64,000 bases of DNA from a phage. Shown here in pieces: positions 44,087 to 57,830 of this stretch. Position numbers and translations under genes: made by a program. The notes beneath the pieces were generated by a model. The model made no database searches, had not been told where the DNA came from, and saw nothing but the letters and a program-made list of their open reading frames with translations. The stretch lies in assembly GCA_021683455.1 (NCBI GenBank), contig GCA_021683455.1_3051.1; one strand, given 5' to 3'. The stretch's first letter is position 1; every line of letters begins with the position of its first letter.

Positions 44087-44743
44087 ATGGCTGATTTAAA
44101 AGTAGGTTCAACAACTGGAGGCTCTGTCATTTGGCATCAAGGAAATTTTCCATTGAATCCAGCCGGTGACGATGTACTCTATAAATCATTTAAAATATAT
44201 TCAGAATATAATAAACCACAAGCAACTGATAACGATTTCGTTTCTAAAGCTAATGGTGGTACATATTTAAATAAAGTAATTTTTAATAAAGGAATGACTG
44301 TTCCTGGTGCTGGGTCAGGTGACAACGGCATTTTTGCCGGTCCTGGTGATAATGCCACATATGATACTACAAATATGGATATTGTTTCATGGTATGGTAT
44401 CGGCTTTAAATCATCACAAGGAGCAGCAGGTAGAACTGTAGTAATTAACACACGAAACGGAGATATTAGCTCAAAGGGTGTAATTGAAGCATCACAAATA
44501 CGCGCAACTTCGTTATCACCAGTAAATAATTATGACCTTACGAGAAAAGATTATGTTGATGGGGCAATAAATATTGTTACAACAAATGCAAACTCTAGAG
44601 TATTACGCTCTGGAGACACTATGACAGGAAATTTAACTGCGCCAAACCTTTTTTCACAGAATCCTGCATCTCAACCCTCGCATGTTCCGCGATTTGACCA
44701 AATCGTAATTAAGGATTCTGTTCAAGATTTCGGCTATTATTAA
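44087..44743 (+). CDS. 36: Long tail fiber distal connector gp36
   Basis: 218-aa ORF; T4 gp36 order and length. Confidence 0.85.
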   Translation: MADLKVGSTTGGSVIWHQGNFPLNPAGDDVLYKSFKIYSEYNKPQATDNDFVSKANGGTYLNKVIFNKGMTVPGAGSGDNGIFAGPGDNATYDTTNMDIVSWYGIGFKSSQGAAGRTVVINTRNGDISSKGVIEASQIRATSLSPVNNYDLTRKDYVDGAINIVTTNANSRVLRSGDTMTGNLTAPNLFSQNPASQPSHVPRFDQIVIKDSVQDFGYY

Positions 44744-44751
44744 GAGGACTT

Positions 44752-48889
<4,138 letters not shown>

Positions 48890-48921
48890 TTTTTGAATAA
48901 ATATCCTTAAAAGGAGGGTCT

Positions 48922-49578
48922 ATGGCAGCACCTAGAATATCATTTTCGCCCTCTGATATTCTATTTGGTGTTCTAGATCGCTTGTTCAAAGATAACGCTA
49001 CCGGGAAAGTTCTTGCTTCCCGGGTAGCTGTCGTAGTTCTTTTGTTTATGATGGCGATTGTTTGGTATAGGGGAGATAGTTTCTTTGAGTACTATAAGCA
49101 ATCAAAGTATGAAACATACAGTGAAATTATTGAAAAGGAAAGAAATGCACGCTTTGAATCTGTCGCCCTGGAACAACTCCAGATAGTTCACATATCATCT
49201 GAGGCAGACTTTAGTGCGGTGTATTCTTTCCGCCCTAAAAACTTAAACTATTTTGTCGATATTATAGCATATGAAGGAAAATTACCTTCAACAATAAGTG
49301 AAAAATCACTTGGAGGATATCCTGTTGATAAAACTATGGATGAATATGCAGTTCATTTAAATGGACGTCATTATTATTCCAACTCAAAATTTGCTTTTTT
49401 ACCAACTAAAAAGCCTACTCCCGAAATAAACTACATGTACAGTTGTCCATATTTTAATTTGGATAATATCTATGCTGGAACGATAACCATGTACTGGTAT
49501 AGAAATGATCATATAAGTAATGACCGCCTTGAATCAATATGTTCTCAGGCGGCCAGAATATTAGGAAGGGCTAAATAA
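48922..49578 (+). CDS. t: Holin t
   Basis: 218-aa ORF MAAPRISFSPSDILFGVLDRLFKDNATGK.. with one TM segment; T4 holin. Confidence 0.9.
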   Translation: MAAPRISFSPSDILFGVLDRLFKDNATGKVLASRVAVVVLLFMMAIVWYRGDSFFEYYKQSKYETYSEIIEKERNARFESVALEQLQIVHISSEADFSAVYSFRPKNLNYFVDIIAYEGKLPSTISEKSLGGYPVDKTMDEYAVHLNGRHYYSNSKFAFLPTKKPTPEINYMYSCPYFNLDNIYAGTITMYWYRNDHISNDRLESICSQAARILGRAK

Positions 49579-49851
49579 TTATTTGTTTGTATACATTTCT
49601 AAATATCTATATACACCCTCAAAACCCTCGTTGAATTCGTCGATGAGGGTTTTCTTATCTTCTTGAGTTAATTCAGAAACAATTTTACGGAATGAATTCT
49701 GATTTAATTTTCTACCTTCGTGTGTTACTCCAATCTCATTCAGAAATGCAATAAAATTAGCACGATTCTCAACAATATCTTCTCTGGAAAATTTAATCAA
49801 AATAGACGCAACAGTAATAATTTCACGAACTGTATCAATATTTTTATTCAT
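49579..49851 (-). CDS. asiA: Anti-sigma70 factor AsiA
   Basis: 90-aa ORF MNKNIDTVREIITVASILIKFSREDIVENRANFIAF..; T4 AsiA. Confidence 0.9.
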   Translation of the reverse strand: MNKNIDTVREIITVASILIKFSREDIVENRANFIAFLNEIGVTHEGRKLNQNSFRKIVSELTQEDKKTLIDEFNEGFEGVYRYLEMYTNK

Positions 49852-49863
49852 TAACTATACCAC

Positions 49864-50016
49864 TCAATTAGTTGACTTTATTATAATATCATCAGACGCT
49901 TGATTTGTAAACTGGTCTGTGTTATTTTCTTCAAAAATTTTTTCTACGAATTCCTTGAACGACTCACGTTCCTGAGCTACATTGTGCTCGATTACCTTTT
50001 CAAGATTATGACTCAT
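49864..50016 (-). CDS. Possible small acidic protein (50 aa) between arn and asiA
   Basis: Hand-translated MSHNLEKVIEHNVAQERESFKEF..; ATGA overlap with arn stop; early promoter embedded at its 3-prime end. Confidence 0.4.
   Translation of the reverse strand: MSHNLEKVIEHNVAQERESFKEFVEKIFEENNTDQFTNQASDDIIIKSTN
49883..49912 (-). promoter_or_regulatory. Early promoter (GTTTAC-N18-TATTAT) for asiA
   Basis: Same 30-nt architecture as the other early promoters. Confidence 0.55.
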
Positions 50017-50291
50017 TCGAAATAATCTTCAATTTCGTAATCATGGACGTAAATCATTATAGTTTTTAATACATCATCAATACTTTTTCCTGGAGCTGGA
50101 ATTACGTAAAAATATCCTGCTTTTGAGAGGTCTTTATAAGTTCCAACCAAGAAATCATTATTCTCGAGATGTAATTCTTCAACTAATTCATTAACAATTG
50201 AGTGGTATAAATTTGGTAGAAACTTATATAGCTTTTCTAGAATATCAATTTTGATTGTGTATTGAACCACAGACTGAGAATCAATAATCAT
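50013..50291 (-). CDS. arn: Arn anti-restriction protein
   Basis: 92-aa acidic ORF MIIDSQSVVQYTIKIDILEKLYKFLPNLYH..; T4 Arn. Confidence 0.85.
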   Translation of the reverse strand: MIIDSQSVVQYTIKIDILEKLYKFLPNLYHSIVNELVEELHLENNDFLVGTYKDLSKAGYFYVIPAPGKSIDDVLKTIMIYVHDYEIEDYFE

Positions 50292-50374
50292 AGACCTTCC
50301 CCTTATGTTTCTGTTTGCGATTAGATTCTTTAAACGCTTTCTTCTTATCCTTATGAACAGAAGCTTTATTAAAA

Positions 50375-50593
50375 TTATGTTTTGCGACTAAATTGTTCAT
50401 AATGCTGAATTACCTCTCTTAAACATTTGCATGTGAATGAAAACTTTTTAGCTACACCACATTCAAATATATGTTCTCTTAAATCACGTGTATCAGTATA
50501 TCCCATCTCAACAATAAAATGCCTTATTAGATTTTTATCTTTATCATTGAGAGAATTAAAATAATCAGATTTTGAATTAATTTCCCTGGCCAA
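50375..50593 (-). CDS. Hypothetical protein (72 aa; arn.x block)
   Basis: Collinear ORF. Confidence 0.5.
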   Translation of the reverse strand: MAREINSKSDYFNSLNDKDKNLIRHFIVEMGYTDTRDLREHIFECGVAKKFSFTCKCLREVIQHYEQFSRKT

Positions 50594-50873
50594 ATTGAAT
50601 CACCTTCAGTTGACGTTTTAATTCTTTTATCATTTCTTCGTTCATCGCAATATAAAGATCGCGTAAAGCAGGTTTTAGCATTCCATTTACCGGAGAACTA
50701 AATGGGCATACATAATCTTTTCCTACAAGCTTTTTGGTAAATTCCATATCACAAAATTTAAATGCCGGCTCATTCGCATAAATTCCCCAATTAGTTGACA
50801 TCATTTTATTGGCATATTCCAGTGCCTGGATTTGATTCATAATTCCATCGATTTGAAACTTTTTAATATTCAT
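50577..50873 (-). CDS. Hypothetical protein (98 aa)
   Basis: Collinear ORF. Confidence 0.55.
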   Translation of the reverse strand: MNIKKFQIDGIMNQIQALEYANKMMSTNWGIYANEPAFKFCDMEFTKKLVGKDYVCPFSSPVNGMLKPALRDLYIAMNEEMIKELKRQLKVIQFGQGN

Positions 50874-51334
50874 TAGTAAAGGTCCTCAGAGTAAAGTTCT
50901 TTTTCACTACCACCGCGTTCAATACGTACTTGTCCAGCGTAAGTTGCAATAATCATTGCTTCTTCACGTGTCCAATAATTACTATATTGGTCAATAAACC
51001 CTTGGTCATCATCACAAACTTGTTGAGTAACTAATTGAGGTTTAACTACATCTAAAACTTCTGCCATATCTTTAGAATAATGACGAGCACCTGGAATAAT
51101 AAGAGTTCGTCCATCTTTTAATTTAAAACGGTTGGCTGCACAGACAATTCGTCGTTGGTACTTTTGGTTTTCATCCCAGTATGCAGTCTGCCAACAGATT
51201 TCAGGAACTTCTTTCAGGATATCTTCTTCTGTACATTTATAACCATGCGCTTTAAATTTTTCAACAAGACTTTCTGGAGTTTCACGAGATAAAGGAACAT
51301 TCAGCATTTTTAAACGATTAATAAATGGGTTCAT
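50873..51334 (-). CDS. Hypothetical protein (153 aa)
   Basis: Collinear ORF. Confidence 0.55.
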   Translation of the reverse strand: MNPFINRLKMLNVPLSRETPESLVEKFKAHGYKCTEEDILKEVPEICWQTAYWDENQKYQRRIVCAANRFKLKDGRTLIIPGARHYSKDMAEVLDVVKPQLVTQQVCDDDQGFIDQYSNYWTREEAMIIATYAGQVRIERGGSEKELYSEDLY

Positions 51335-51660
51335 TTAAACCATCCTTTAATACGTTGCCACAAAGTTTTCTGTTGAGCTTTGTTAACACCAATTGAACGA
51401 ATAACTGGTTGAGATTCCTGGAATTCTTTATAATCAGCAAGGTAAATTTCGTAAGCTGAATCCGTAAAGGAACTTATCGCTGCCATGAAATTATTGCGAA
51501 TACCTATTGGAGCATCTTTACTGTCACGAATAATCATGTATTTACCAGTCTTAATCTTTACAATAGTTCCAAGATAAGCTCCATGGTACCAAATGTCCCA
51601 CCCCTCTTGAGTGGGTTCTGCACAACGACGAAGTTCATTGATAATTTCTAACTTGTTCAT
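51331..51660 (-). CDS. Hypothetical protein (109 aa)
   Basis: Collinear ORF. Confidence 0.55.
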   Translation of the reverse strand: MNKLEIINELRRCAEPTQEGWDIWYHGAYLGTIVKIKTGKYMIIRDSKDAPIGIRNNFMAAISSFTDSAYEIYLADYKEFQESQPVIRSIGVNKAQQKTLWQRIKGWFK

Positions 51661-51670
51661 TATTTATTCC

Positions 51671-52306
51671 TCACAGTTCAGATGCTACAGTGATTACAGC
51701 TTCAATGTTTTCTGCTGAGCGTTTAATGTCAAGATACACATTACCGTTTTTAGCGATTTTACAAGACATTCCGATATCAGTAAATTTCTGAATATGATGT
51801 TCCATCATTTTGTATCCAAAAATTCGCATATTTCCATTATTGTTAATTTCAAAATTGCGAATTCCGTGAGTGCGTTTTTCTAAAATAGCAAGATAGTTAC
51901 TACGATAAGTTTCAACTTTTTTAAGAACAAATCCATTTTCATCTAAAAGTTTTAACATAAAGTCTTTATCTTCTTCCATATCAGAAGTAATCTCGCGAGC
52001 TTTACGAGTTGCTCGTTTTTTCAGCAGTTCCGGAGCATTTTCCTGTGCGTATAAAGTTGCTGCATTTGAAATAATATCCTGAGCTTCACCAGTAATGATT
52101 AATCCATCACCAGATTTCTCCACCAGGCCTTTTTTAATCAATACCCCAATATTACTATTAACTACTGCATTACCTAAATCTGGATGCACCTCACGAACTT
52201 CTGCAGCTGTAATGAAATCTTTCTTAGCAATAGTAATTAAAATCGCAGCAGTTTTTTCATTCAGAACATCGTTAGAAGCTTTGATGATGTAAGTTACTTT
52301 AGACAT
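51671..52306 (-). CDS. motA: MotA middle-transcription activator
   Basis: 211-aa ORF MSKVTYIIKASNDVLNEKTAAILITIAKKDF..; T4 MotA. Confidence 0.9.
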   Translation of the reverse strand: MSKVTYIIKASNDVLNEKTAAILITIAKKDFITAAEVREVHPDLGNAVVNSNIGVLIKKGLVEKSGDGLIITGEAQDIISNAATLYAQENAPELLKKRATRKAREITSDMEEDKDFMLKLLDENGFVLKKVETYRSNYLAILEKRTHGIRNFEINNNGNMRIFGYKMMEHHIQKFTDIGMSCKIAKNGNVYLDIKRSAENIEAVITVASEL

Positions 52307-52347
52307 TTTCTAATCTCCGTAATTCTGTATCAGTAGTTGATAGTTGT

Positions 52348-52377
52348 ATAGTACCACAGTATGCTTTGGTTGTAAAC
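52348..52377 (-). promoter_or_regulatory. Early promoter (GTTTAC-N18-TACTAT) for motA
   Basis: Same module with upstream A/T tract. Confidence 0.6.
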
Positions 52378-52408
52378 CGTTTTGTGAAAAAAATTTTGAA
52401 ATAAAAAA

Positions 52409-52428
52409 GGGAGAGCCGAGGCTCTCCC
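52409..52428. terminator. Terminator hairpin GGGAGAGCC-GAG-GCUCUCCC
   Basis: 8/9-bp stem flanked by A-run and T-run, directly upstream of the motA early promoter. Confidence 0.6.
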
Positions 52429-52433
52429 TAAAA

Positions 52434-52583
52434 TTACTGCATGACTGTGATAACTGTCATGATAACACGTTGAATTCCGAATGCAAGAAGACCTCCTGCT
52501 ACGGCTGGAACAACACCTAAACCCGCCAGTAAAATGCTACCGGATACTAATGCAGCGCTTGTAATACCTATAAATGGACTCAT
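52434..52583 (-). CDS. Small hydrophobic membrane peptide (49 aa)
   Basis: Hand-translated MSPFIGITSAALVSGSILLAGLGVVPAVAGGLLAFG..; ATGA overlap with gene 52 stop. Confidence 0.45.
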   Translation of the reverse strand: MSPFIGITSAALVSGSILLAGLGVVPAVAGGLLAFGIQRVIMTVITVMQ

Positions 52584-53908
52584 TTGATTTCCTCTAAATC
52601 TTTAGTGTATTCGGTAACTACATCAGTAGTTTTCCAATATTCGTTTTCTTCTTTCTTAGCTTTAGCTTCTTCAGCAAGTTTCTTTGCTTCGTCGGAAGTC
52701 ATATGAAAAATATTCATTCCAACTAGTTTATCAACATAAGAAGAATACATATCAATTTTAGAAAGTTCTTCGGTCAGTTCTTTGCGAGTTTTACCCTGCA
52801 CAACGATTTCACCTGAAATTACTTTCTTAATGAAATGTGCCTTGGCAAAGGCTAAACGAAAAGCTGACTCAGTTTCTTTGATTTTGTTATCAATTCGCTT
52901 TTGGACATAAGTTTTACGAACTTCAACGAAGTCTTTAATTAAATCGACTACGTTATCGTAAACTTGTAGTTTTCCTTTCTCATTAATAACCGTAATATTC
53001 TGAGAACGACGCTCAATTAACCCAAAGTCTTTCATAATTTTTGCATGGCGTTCTTCTTCATTATCGCTCAAAGAATATTCTTTACGGAATTTAACTTTAA
53101 AGCCAAAACCATGCTCACCACAAGCATCATCCCATGTAATGAAGCCTTTATCTTCAAGTGGGTCTAAGATTTTACTCACATAAGTTTCACGATCATACTT
53201 ATACGGAATCTCAGTGATATGCATTTGAGTTCGTGAAGTAAACTTATATGTTCCACGAATTTCATATTGCCCATCAATTTCAACGACTTCACCACGAAAT
53301 TCTGGGAATTCTACCTTCGGTTTAGTTACTTTCTTTCCTTGAAGAGCTTGTAATACAGCTTTCTTAACAGAAGAAACGCTATGAGGAAGAATGTAAGTTG
53401 CATAACCAGTTGCAATACCGGAAACGCCATTAAGAAGAACAGTAGGAATAATAGGCAAATAGAAAGCAGGCGGAATGTGTTCTTTATCTTGATGTACCGG
53501 AGCATATTCAGTATCTTTATATACGTTATAGAAATTTTTACTTACACGAGCAAAAATATAACGACTTGCTGCTGCTTTTTGGACGGTACGAGAACCAAAG
53601 TTTCCTTGACCATCTAACAAAGGAAAGTTATTATTCCAAGTATTCGCCATCAAAGCACCTGCATCTTGTGCAGAGTTTTCACCATGATGATATCCAAGGT
53701 CCGCTACACCACCTGCAATAGAAGCGAGTTTGTGAAACTTATCTTTATTTCCTCGTGCCAAATCAAGAGCTCGAGCAATAACAAATCGTTGAACTGGCTT
53801 AAATCCGTCAATCATATTTGGAATGGCACGATTTTCAACCGTGTACATAGCATAAGCCAATGCTTCATTATCAATGATACTTTTTAAATCGCGATTATTC
53901 AGTTGCAT
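52580..53908 (-). CDS. 52: DNA topoisomerase II medium subunit gp52
   Basis: 442-aa ORF MQLNNRDLKSIIDNEALAYAMYTVENRAIPN.. (GyrA-like N-terminal domain); T4 gp52 length. Confidence 0.95.
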   Translation of the reverse strand: MQLNNRDLKSIIDNEALAYAMYTVENRAIPNMIDGFKPVQRFVIARALDLARGNKDKFHKLASIAGGVADLGYHHGENSAQDAGALMANTWNNNFPLLDGQGNFGSRTVQKAAASRYIFARVSKNFYNVYKDTEYAPVHQDKEHIPPAFYLPIIPTVLLNGVSGIATGYATYILPHSVSSVKKAVLQALQGKKVTKPKVEFPEFRGEVVEIDGQYEIRGTYKFTSRTQMHITEIPYKYDRETYVSKILDPLEDKGFITWDDACGEHGFGFKVKFRKEYSLSDNEEERHAKIMKDFGLIERRSQNITVINEKGKLQVYDNVVDLIKDFVEVRKTYVQKRIDNKIKETESAFRLAFAKAHFIKKVISGEIVVQGKTRKELTEELSKIDMYSSYVDKLVGMNIFHMTSDEAKKLAEEAKAKKEENEYWKTTDVVTEYTKDLEEIK

Positions 53909-53912
53909 AAAT

Positions 53913-54053
53913 TTACCATACTAGTGAATGTAGTGCCATAATAACATCAGAAATGAAAAGCACGACTTGAATTAATCCGAACATTACTCCATAATATAGT
54001 GCTGCTAATAAAGTAGCAAGGGCTAATGAATAGCCCAAGATTTTCTTAATCAT
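53913..54053 (-). CDS. Small hydrophobic peptide (46 aa; 52.1 position)
   Basis: Hand-translated MIKKILGYSLALATLLAALYYGVMFGLIQVV.. Confidence 0.4.
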   Translation of the reverse strand: MIKKILGYSLALATLLAALYYGVMFGLIQVVLFISDVIMALHSLVW

Positions 54054-54198
54054 TTTCATTTAATAGCCAAAACAATGATAAAATTGCTAATACGCCTTGA
54101 GCTGTTGCTTGTAAAAATACTGAAGTTTCTCCAGTTATTACTGTTCCGGCGAATAAAAAGGACCAGCAGAAAAAGGCTATACCATAAACAAATTTCAT
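54046..54198 (-). CDS. ac: Small membrane protein (50 aa; ac position)
   Basis: Hand-translated MKFVYGIAFFCWSFLFAGTVITGETSVFLQATAQGVLAILSLFWLLNEND; position between 52 and stp. Confidence 0.5.
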   Translation of the reverse strand: MKFVYGIAFFCWSFLFAGTVITGETSVFLQATAQGVLAILSLFWLLNEND

Positions 54199-54205
54199 AT
54201 TTTCC

Positions 54206-54286
54206 TCACTGGCGTCCGAAGACGCCTTTGGTTTTAAGATTATTACGATAGAACTGCATCACATGTTCGTTATGGAAATTACTCAT
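54206..54286 (-). CDS. stp: Stp peptide (26 aa)
   Basis: Hand-translated [26 protein letters not shown], matching T4 Stp as recalled; TAATG overlap with ndd stop. Confidence 0.8.
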
Positions 54287-54744
54287 TAATATGCCTGCAA
54301 AACAAATTTAAAGTTATCAGCCAACATACGGTTCATTTCTTCAAGTGTTTGATACTCAGAATGATGATTACGAGTAAACGCCAAAGCTAACTGACCTTTA
54401 CCAAATCCCGTCGTCAGAGGTTTCATCTTAGAAGCAGGCAGATAAAATACTGTGTATGGAACATTGTTATTTGCAATAGTACGTGCAAGTTGAGACCGGC
54501 GTTGACGAATATGACTTAAAACCGCACTGAATCCTTGCTTAGAACGTTGATTACCTACATAAAATCGTGCAGACACACATGGATTACTAAATGGACGACC
54601 ATCTAATTTACTTACTAAAAAGTAAAATCCAGGTTTAGATAAAATATCTTTATGCGGAGTTCCCAAAAACCATTCACCACACTTGATTGTACCAATAACA
54701 GTAGCGCCTGCATTATTCAGATCAGTAACAGTCATATATTTCAT
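54286..54744 (-). CDS. ndd: Ndd nucleoid disruption protein
   Basis: [21 protein letters not shown].. from internal ATG 54744 (SD GGAGGAA); about 152 aa. Confidence 0.85.
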
Positions 54745-54804
54745 ATTAATTTCCTCTAAATTATTTTCTACTCCAAGGCCGCATGAATACATACGGCCGA
54801 TAAA

Positions 54805-55020
54805 TTAATCGTCGCAGTCAACGCTCAATTCCCAAAACTCTTCTATGGTATAAGTTTCAGTATCATTTTCAATACAGAAACGTTCATTGCTGTTATTTGC
54901 TAAAGTAGCATTAACTGTCGGTTTCTCGCTAGTGCTCTTAAGAGGTGAAATACGAATTAACTGATCACCGTTATCTAAACAAAAAATTTCACCGACTTTT
55001 ACATCTTTAAAAATTTTCAT
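54805..55020 (-). CDS. Hypothetical protein (71 aa; ndd.1 position)
   Basis: Collinear ORF. Confidence 0.5.
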   Translation of the reverse strand: MKIFKDVKVGEIFCLDNGDQLIRISPLKSTSEKPTVNATLANNSNERFCIENDTETYTIEEFWELSVDCDD

Positions 55021-55135
55021 AATTCACCTCAAGGAGTATAAAATCCGAATGCAGTTGTTGACCATCCCATCCAATATGGGAAATTTGCGCCAATGTAAAA
55101 CATAAGAATATAAAACCAACCGCTCAGCAAATTCA

Positions 55136-55354
55136 TCATTTTACACCATTCCAAATTGTTTCAACCACGGATTTTAAACCATTTTGATGAATATCCATTC
55201 CGACAACTGCCATCAAATAGATTCCAACTACAACTGAACCTAAGGCAAAAATCAGCATGAAAATGAATAAAGCCGGAAAAATATTATCGAAAAACCATTC
55301 AATAAATGTAAAAGCACTGCGTTTACGCTTCATATTTTCCTCACATAAATCCAA
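55136..55354 (-). CDS. Hypothetical membrane protein (72 aa)
   Basis: Hydrophobic segment IFPALFIFMLIFALGSVVVGIYLMAVVG. Confidence 0.5.
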   Translation of the reverse strand: MDLCEENMKRKRSAFTFIEWFFDNIFPALFIFMLIFALGSVVVGIYLMAVVGMDIHQNGLKSVVETIWNGVK

Positions 55355-55454
55355 AGTAAACGTTTAATACATCAATCATTAAAACGATTGGGAATATACT
55401 CAAAACTATTAGTATTATAACTACATTCCATATAGCTTTAATAATCTTTTTCAT
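55341..55454 (-). CDS. Small membrane peptide (37 aa)
   Basis: Internal ATG MKKIIKAIWNVVIILIVLSIFPIVLM.. after SD GGAGGAA; track N-terminal extension reads through the promoter. Confidence 0.45.
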   Translation of the reverse strand: MKKIIKAIWNVVIILIVLSIFPIVLMIDVLNVYFGFM

Positions 55455-55482
55455 TTTCTGTTCCTCCGTAGTTGATAGGGTA

Positions 55483-55512
55483 ATAGTACCACGGAAGAAC
55501 AGTCTTGTAAAC
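55483..55512 (-). promoter_or_regulatory. Early promoter (GTTTAC-N18-TACTAT)
   Basis: Same module plus conserved leader CCTATCAACTACGGAGGAA. Confidence 0.6.
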
Positions 55513-55697
55513 AACTTTTTTAAAAATATTCGTAATAAATGTGAATACCAACTACTACCGCTGAAACCTGTGCAACCCACCACGCACAAGCAATAAGTGC
55601 AGAATTCAAAATTTTCATAATAACCTCATCACAAAAGTAAATGTTAAACAAATTACTGGAATACTAATTAACCAAACAAAACACCACCATAATGAAC

Positions 55698-55961
55698 TCA
55701 TAGTTCAATCTCAGCAATTTTCATTTCATTACTATTAATAGCCGCTTTAAGACTATCTGAAAGAATTACATTCCAGTGGTCATTCATATGACCATTAACT
55801 AAGCGTGTAATTTCTTCGGGAGTTGAAAAATAAGGCGTATCAGACTCCCAATGCGATAATCCTAAGCGAGTATAAATCATACCTTCATCATCGCTAGAAT
55901 ATTCAACTGACACAAACTCATCAGTTATTTTATGTTTAGCGTAATGAAATTTAAATTTCAT
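55698..55961 (-). CDS. Hypothetical protein (87 aa)
   Basis: Internal ATG at 55961 (MKFKFHYAKHK..) after SD GGAGGAG; track extension rejected. Confidence 0.5.
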   Translation of the reverse strand: MKFKFHYAKHKITDEFVSVEYSSDDEGMIYTRLGLSHWESDTPYFSTPEEITRLVNGHMNDHWNVILSDSLKAAINSNEMKIAEIEL

Positions 55962-55989
55962 TTTCCGCTCCTCCGTAGTTGATAGTTGT

Positions 55990-56019
55990 ATAGTACCACG
56001 GTCCTTGTGGTATGTAAAC
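55990..56019 (-). promoter_or_regulatory. Early promoter (GTTTAC-N18-TACTAT)
   Basis: Same module. Confidence 0.6.
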
Positions 56020-56035
56020 CGTTTTGTGAAAATTT

Positions 56036-56593
56036 TTAAATGGAAAGATACCATCCGTTGTAGTTGCTTTTTCTTACAACCTTACGAAGGTCTTCTCTGT
56101 CACCGATGAACTTCGGAGTGTACTGGATGACACCTGGATGAATTTCTTTAGTGTTGAATATAATTATACAGTCAGCGACTTGATGATTTAGAATGGGCCC
56201 TAGATTTATTCCAGAACCATATGGATACTCTCCGCTGCATCCCGTTGTTACCGAAATCCAACGCGAGTCAGTTTGATGTGTTTTGACTTCTACACGAAGC
56301 CCGCAATATTTTGGATGCGCTAAAACATCCCATGCATACGTGTACGGATCATCGACATTTTCTTGGCCTTTATTGACATATCCGCTTAGCCAATCTGCCA
56401 CAAAAAACTCTGCGTACACCGCGATACGGCATCTTTCGATAACTTCTGCTTTATCCTGGTTCGGGTTTTGTTTTAAAGAGTATCTTGCTGTATCAGCAAT
56501 TTTGACCTTCATTTCACTAGTCAAGTCACTGTTCGATAGGGTAAATGTCGGAATCTGAAATAGTCTCTGCAAACCCGGATTTGTTTTCTGCAT
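56036..56593 (-). CDS. denB: Endonuclease IV (cytosine-DNA specific)
   Basis: 185-aa ORF; T4 DenB length and position between ndd block and rIIB. Confidence 0.8.
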   Translation of the reverse strand: MQKTNPGLQRLFQIPTFTLSNSDLTSEMKVKIADTARYSLKQNPNQDKAEVIERCRIAVYAEFFVADWLSGYVNKGQENVDDPYTYAWDVLAHPKYCGLRVEVKTHQTDSRWISVTTGCSGEYPYGSGINLGPILNHQVADCIIIFNTKEIHPGVIQYTPKFIGDREDLRKVVRKSNYNGWYLSI

Positions 56594-56639
56594 TTAAACT
56601 TTCCTTTATGTCGGAATCATAATTTCTCTTAAAACAAAA

Positions 56640-56651
56640 GGGCCGAAGCCC
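56640..56651. terminator. Stem-loop GGGC-CGAA-GCCC
   Basis: GC stem with tetraloop flanked by A-run and T-run. Confidence 0.45.
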
Positions 56652-56657
56652 CTTATT

Positions 56658-56852
56658 TTATTTGAATTGTGCAATTCTTTTCTCTAGACATTCAGCATAA
56701 GATTTCATTGAGATGAACTGTGAAAGTAGAAGTTCTTGCTCAACTGCACTAACCGTTAGAAACTTTGCGCTTTCTAAAAATTTGCTCAGTGCATTAATTT
56801 TGAGCATTAATTGATCGTATTCTTCTTTTACTCGTGCTTGATAACCTAACAT
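56658..56852 (-). CDS. Hypothetical protein (64 aa; denB.1 position)
   Basis: Collinear ORF flanked by hairpins. Confidence 0.5.
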   Translation of the reverse strand: MLGYQARVKEEYDQLMLKINALSKFLESAKFLTVSAVEQELLLSQFISMKSYAECLEKRIAQFK

Positions 56853-56867
56853 AATTTTCCTTAGTTA

Positions 56868-56881
56868 AGGGCCGAAGCCCT
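56868..56881. terminator. Stem-loop AGGGC-CGAA-GCCCU downstream of rIIB
   Basis: GC stem with tetraloop followed by T-run. Confidence 0.5.
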
Positions 56882-57819
56882 TATTTAAATTGTTCAGTAA
56901 CGTCTTCAACTACTTCGTATTGACAGGTACGCATTTTAGCGTCGTTGTAATCAATCGGAATTGATACTACATCGCGAGGATGAACTTTAACTTTTACAAC
57001 TCGGCTGGTTGAACCACCGAAGTGACGAATATAAGATTTAGAACACACATGCAGACCACGAGAACAAGTTTGTGTATCATCGTCATTCACGCGAGTACGC
57101 GGCATTTTAACTACTTTACCCGGACTGTTATCAAAGGTATTTGAGTGACAGTCAAAGTAATTGCTGCGAACTACTTTCCAAGCATAGAAGTAACCATCTT
57201 CTGTAATTTCAATATCGTTTGCTACCAAGAAATCAAAAAGTCGAGATACCGCTTTCTGGCTTGGGTTTTCCAGCAGATTTTCCAAGAACGGAAAATAAAA
57301 TTCAAAGTTTTCGCCTTTTTCCATCGAATCAAGAATACGATCAACCAAACCAGACCGCAATTCAATATTTTGATAGAATAAGCTTCCACCTTCAATTCGA
57401 ACATCGCCGGAAATATATTTTTCAACAGCGCGACGAACATTAATTTTTTGTGCAGCTTCTTCCAACTTATCCGCTACAAGCAGATTAAGAATTTCCTGGA
57501 AGTTTGAATGAGTATTAGGAGTTGCGTTATAAGTTACACCGTCAACAGTAATTGAAATGAATTTTTTAGATGCATTCCAAATAATGTCAGATTTAGCAAC
57601 TGGAGCAATAACTACATCACTATTAACTTTAACTGTAATATCACCGCTAATAGTAACTTTAGAGCGTTCAGCTTCTTCAGCATTTTTCAAAACACGACGG
57701 ATTGTATCAACCGATACACCTTGCCAATCAGCCAATTCCTGTTGGGTGTAATTACCGCTTGAATACAGTTTAACAATTTCAGCTTGTTCGTTTTTGGTCA
57801 GGCATTTAATATTGTACAT
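56881..57819 (-). CDS. rIIB: rIIB protein
   Basis: 312-aa ORF; T4 rIIB length and position. Confidence 0.9.
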   Translation of the reverse strand: MYNIKCLTKNEQAEIVKLYSSGNYTQQELADWQGVSVDTIRRVLKNAEEAERSKVTISGDITVKVNSDVVIAPVAKSDIIWNASKKFISITVDGVTYNATPNTHSNFQEILNLLVADKLEEAAQKINVRRAVEKYISGDVRIEGGSLFYQNIELRSGLVDRILDSMEKGENFEFYFPFLENLLENPSQKAVSRLFDFLVANDIEITEDGYFYAWKVVRSNYFDCHSNTFDNSPGKVVKMPRTRVNDDDTQTCSRGLHVCSKSYIRHFGGSTSRVVKVKVHPRDVVSIPIDYNDAKMRTCQYEVVEDVTEQFK

Positions 57820-57830
57820 AATTTTCCTTA

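Noticed and set aside
48890-48921. Late promoter upstream of holin t
   Set aside because: Only near-matches (TATAATTT, AATAAATA) to TATAAATA were found, so I did not call it.
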